A stretch of DNA of 64,000 nt from Octopus vulgaris (Eukaryota). Shown piece by piece: positions 59,921-64,000 of this stretch (its first letter is position 1; the number at the start of each line of letters is the position of its first letter). The stretch is from positions 70,618,001-70,682,000 of the forward strand of contig OX597815.1 of assembly GCA_951406725.2 (NCBI GenBank). The letters are read 5' to 3'. The notes under the pieces were generated by a model, which saw only the letters and a list, made by a program, of their open reading frames with translations, was not told the DNA's origin and ran no database searches. Both the position numbers and the translations under genes were made by a program.

Positions 59921-62686
59921 GCTATTGGAGACGCTGCCATTGATTGACGTGGAGGCCGAGGGCGAGACGTTCAAGGCCCTTGTGGATACGGGCTGTACGA
60001 CCACCCTGGTGACTTCGAGGGTGACGAAGGAATGGAACGGGGTGAGTAGTGTCCGGGCGGTCGACGGCAGCGAAATCCGTTGCAGAGGCAGCAGTAAGGT
60101 AGAGATAGTGGTGCGCGGCGCGACGCTAAGGCTGCAGGCAATTGTGGCCGAACGCGTGATAGATAGAGTTGATGTGGTGATGGGGATGGACGCCATCAAC
60201 TGCCTCGGTGGCGTCAGTGTTGTGGGAAATGAGGTCACGTTCGGAAGCGTGGGGGCGTCGTGCACTGCGAGTCAGGATCGCCAGAGAGAGCAGAGCCCCG
60301 CGAGGGACTGCGCCGCTTACACCATCGAGGACAAAGACTTTCAGGCGGTGGACGATAGAGTGGCGATGGAAGGACGAGCCCCCGACGCTGGAGAACAGGG
60401 TGAGCTGTTACCAGCATACCCTGAAAGGCCACGCCAGGGTCGAGTTTGAAGACAAGGTGGAGAGGTGGATCGAGGAAGGGGTCCTTGTCCCTTGGAAGGA
60501 GGAGTTAGCGGGCGGAGTGCTACCCCTGATGACGGTGGTGCAGCCTACGAAGGGAAAAGTCAGACCGGTGCTGGACTTCAGGGAGCTAAACCAGCACATA
60601 TCATGTCACACGGGAGGTGAGGCGACAGACGTTTGTGGCGAGGCATTACGTAAGTGGAGACAGTCGACTGAGGCAGCGACGATTGTCGACTTGAGATCGG
60701 CATACTTGCAGCTCCATGTGAGCGACAAACTGTGGCGATATCAGCTGGTGCGGTACAAGGGCCGGACGTACTGTCTAACCAGGCTGGGTTTCGGGCTGAA
60801 TTCCGCTCCGAAGATCATGGCGGCAGTGCTTAGGTTCGTCCGAGGGAAAGACGGCAAGATTAGAAAGGCCACCAGCTCCTACATTGACGACATTTTGGTG
60901 GACGAAACTGTAGTGCCAGCCGACGAGGTAGTTAGACATCTGGAGAAGTTCGGACTGATTGCTAAGCCACCGGAGTCGATTGAAGGGGGAGCCGCGCTGG
61001 GGCTGAAGCTGCGAAGAGATGGATCAGGTGAATTGGTGTTCCGGAGAGGAAATGAAATCCCAGAGCTGAGTTCCAGCGTCAGCAGGAGAGAGCTGTTCTC
61101 GGTGTGTGGGAAGTTAGTCGGTCACTACCCGATCGTTGGATGGCTGCGCACGGCCTGTAGTTACACCAAGAGACGAGCAGAAGGAGAGAGGTGGGGCGAC
61201 AAGGTGGGAGAAGGGACGGTGGCGATGATGCAGGAGATCCTAGAGAGGACAAGAGCGGAAGACCCGGTCAGAGGGAACTGGTACGTGACCAAGACGAAAT
61301 GCGGGACCATCTGGTGTGATGCTAGCAGTATAGCGATAGGGGTGGTGTTGGCAACCGAAGGCACTGCGGTGGAGGACGCGGCCTGGCTTCGGAAAGCAGA
61401 TGATTTCAACCACATCAATGTCGCCGAATTAGACGCGCTGCTGAAACTTGGCCTTGAAATGGGGGCTGCGCACGATTGAAATCCGGACGGATTCGGCCAC
61501 TGTGCTTGGCTGGTGACAGGAGAGTGCGGACGAAAGGTGCTGCGGAGATGTTAGTGAAGGGCCATCTAGGAGTTCTAGGTGAATTGATCGCCGAGTTCGG
61601 ACTGAAGCTGAACGTGGTTTTCGTGCCTTCGGAGAAAAACAGGGCGGACGTACTGACCAGGGTGAAAAGAGCGTGGTTGGAAGAACCGGAGGAGGCCCGG
61701 AAAGGGATAGCTGCGGCGTGTCGGTTGGATGACTCTGAACTGAAGGAACTGCATGCTATGCATCACCTGGGTGTGGACAGGACCCTGTATCTGGCAAAAA
61801 AAATTGATGCTGACGTCACTAGGAGAAGCGACCGGAAGGTGGTCGGGAGCTGCGACAGGTGTCAGTCCATCGACCCTGCTCCGTGTGGACATGAACAGGG
61901 AAGCCTTTCCGTGGAGCAGAACTGGAAAAGGCTAGCTGTGGATGTGACACACTACCGTCAGCGAATGTACCTCTCCATGGTCGACTGCGGGCCGGGCCGG
62001 CTGGCCATTTGGAGGAGTTGAGATCGGGCATTGCTGACGAGATCGTGCAGATCCTGAACGGGATATTTTTAGAGAGAGGTCCCGTGGAAGAACTACTGAT
62101 GGACAACGGGGCGGCGTTTCGTTCGGAAGCATTGAAGGTTATGCTTGATCGGTGGAATGTGCGACGCTTGATCAGAGCAGCGTATAGGCCGAGCGGTAAC
62201 GGGATCGTGGAGAGGCACCATCGGACAGTCAAGGCCATAGCGGAAAGAGGGCACATTTCGCCGCTTGAAGCAGTTTTTTGGTACAACTTGTCTCCCCGAT
62301 CCGGACAAGCTGAGGAATCTGTGCCGCAGAGAGCTGTGTTCAAATATGAATGGAGGCACCCGAGCAAAGCGCCGGAGGGTCACGAGGAAGAGAAGGGACC
62401 CGTTCGCGTGAAAATAGGGGAGGAAGTCTGGGTCAAGCCACCAAAGGCGCGCTGTACGTCTCAATGGAGCAGAGGAACGGTGACGGCGATCAATTCCAGA
62501 AGCAACGTATCCGTAGATGGAACACCACGACACGTCTTGGACCTTCGCAGGATTGTTGCTTCGACGGACGATGATTCTGGAGAGGGGGAGAACGAGGAGC
62601 CCAGCTTGAGAAGATCTCGACGAGCAAGGCGCTCTCCCGGTTGGATGGTGGACTACAACATGGAGCGGAGAGATTGTGATCTTTAA
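59865..62686 (+). pseudogene. pol: pol (protease, RT, RNase H, integrase) broken by frameshifts near 60345, 61445-61515 and 62015
   Basis: ALVDTG; RPVLDFRELN, VDLRSAYLQ, GFGLNSAP, YIDD; WCDAS, HINVAELDA, TDSATV, NRADVLTR; H...H...CDRC, LAVD, DNG, GIVER. Confidence 0.93.
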
Positions 62687-62699
62687 GATCAGGGTGGCG

Positions 62700-62978
62700 T
62701 GTGGGATGACGTCAGCAGCCGGGTGCGTTGACCGGAAACTGGGGCAACCGGAAGGGGTCAGCCGTCAGGCGTGCACAGGGAGCGGGAATTGCGCCCTTTC
62801 CAACGTGGGTCGTGCAGGTGACAAGACGTGTGAGGACGTCGCTAAGGGTTTGGGCTAGCAGCTGCTATCGTTAGTGTTCGGGTCGGGGCTATGAGGAAGG
62901 ACTAGTCATCACTGGAGGGTCTCCGTCACTAAGAAGAGAAGGTAGGTGCCTCTATATTCAAATCGCGCACACACTACA
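62700..62978 (+). repeat. 3' LTR (279 bp)
   Basis: Direct repeat of 58829-59107, preceded by a weak purine-rich tract AAGATCAGGGTGGCG. Confidence 0.97.
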
Positions 62979-63560
62979 AGTGCCTCATTGTAAATGGCAT
63001 TATTGAATGTGACAATTTCCGTTGAGTTTTGCCTTTGAATCCTTCCTAGGATGTTCTCTGCCATGCTGGTTTTGTTGGTCGCCCAAAGCTTGAGAGGTTC
63101 ACCCAAACCGCATGTCATCATGATAGAAAATAGCTGGTACAGTTGACTTGGTACTCTGCTGACTGTTGCCTCCTCCAGTGTCTGATTCCAGTGAGCATTG
63201 GCCTCCAGTAATCCATGTTTGGCGCAGGTTTCTCTGTAGGTCGTGCAAACTTCCTCATTGTGTCTTCGAAAGTCTGTGAATGATGTAGGACCTCTGGCAG
63301 TGTGCAACAGTAGACGCTGAAAGAAGCACTCCTACTGATTAGAATGCACAGTAGTGTACACTCGTCCGATGGCCTCACTTCTGAAGACAGCATCTTCTTC
63401 CCAGCCAACAACGTGAGCCCCTTGATTGTGTCTGTTCTATCTATTGTATGCTCAGGTATAGTACACGGAAACTTCAACATACAACAGTGTTCAGGCGAAC
63501 ATATCACACTCGCTTAATTTGAAGAAAGCTGTCAAAGTGGTTTCTGATGTGACACACTTG
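62979..63560 (-). pseudogene. Helitron Rep-to-helicase linker region, decayed
   Basis: TTLTAFF, LLLHTARGPTSFTDFR, TYRETCAKHGLLE...HWNQTLEEA. Reading continues in frame across the LTR insertion (YNEAL|LDLYI*VQGMG...FGLPQP). Confidence 0.9.
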
Positions 63561-63709
63561 CGTATGTCTTTGCCGTTCTTTTCGTGCGCGCACAGGTCGA
63601 GAACTCAGCGCAATGGCATGGCGACCTTGTATTTCAAAGCTATTGAGGGGGAGAAGGAGCGCCATTACGCATACTGAAACTTGTCTTTGTTTTAGAGTAC
63701 ATCTTTAGA

Positions 63710-64000
63710 AAACATCGACACAACTATCAATATAAATTAAGTGTACCAACATGTAAACAGCGTGAAACAGTTAAGAGGACAGTGCGGATGACCGTTGGGT
63801 GGAAAAGAAAACGAAAGGATTTTAAATGGGTTATTTCCCTTGGCCTTTAAAGAAAAGTAAAGGGCACATCTTAAGAAAACATTAACACAGCTATTAATGT
63901 AATTTAAGGTGCTCGTACATGTAAACAACGTATGATCTTTATGATGACAGAACATTTGTCTAAAAGCAGGAAAGTTCTTCGTGCAGCGACTGACAATCGG
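63710..64000 (-). repeat. Subrepeat region upstream of the Helitron ORF, homologous to 30155-30605
   Basis: ACATGTAAACA units and GTTATTTCCCTTGGCC match 30155-30605 in reverse. Confidence 0.75.

Larger units (their letters stand above)
58829..62978 (+). mobile_element. Complete LTR retroelement (gag-pro-RT-RH-IN order) with 5-bp TSD
   Basis: TG...CA LTRs; TSD AGTGC at 58824-58828 and 62979-62983; GC-rich relative to flanks. Confidence 0.97.

Overview
AT-rich, microsatellite-dense eukaryotic DNA made almost entirely of transposable elements. The SINE families and (TA)n/(CA)n load suggest an octopus or other cephalopod (inference). I found no convincing host gene. Main contents: (1) a 4.15-kb LTR retroelement (58829-62978; 279-bp LTRs, 5-bp TSD AGTGC) inserted in a decayed Helitron Rep/PIF1 gene. 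Its primer-binding site is not the usual TGG type but is complementary to the first 12 nt of tRNA-Phe, it has a -1 frameshift signal, and its RT/RNase H motifs are atypical. (2) A near-intact L1/Tx1-like LINE (22938-28283) inserted in a SINE that shares its 3' tail, itself inside a Tigger transposon. Related ORF1-only copies lie at 44070-46587, and the insertions share an ATTTCGTC-like target. (3) A Penelope element with an inverted terminal repeat, plus many short Penelope-derived fold-backs carrying minimal hammerhead ribozyme motifs. (4) Decayed pogo, mariner, Tc1, RTE and CR1 elements, non-autonomous Helitrons, an 8-bp-TSD MITE family and many SINEs. All coordinates were read by eye and may be off by a few bases.
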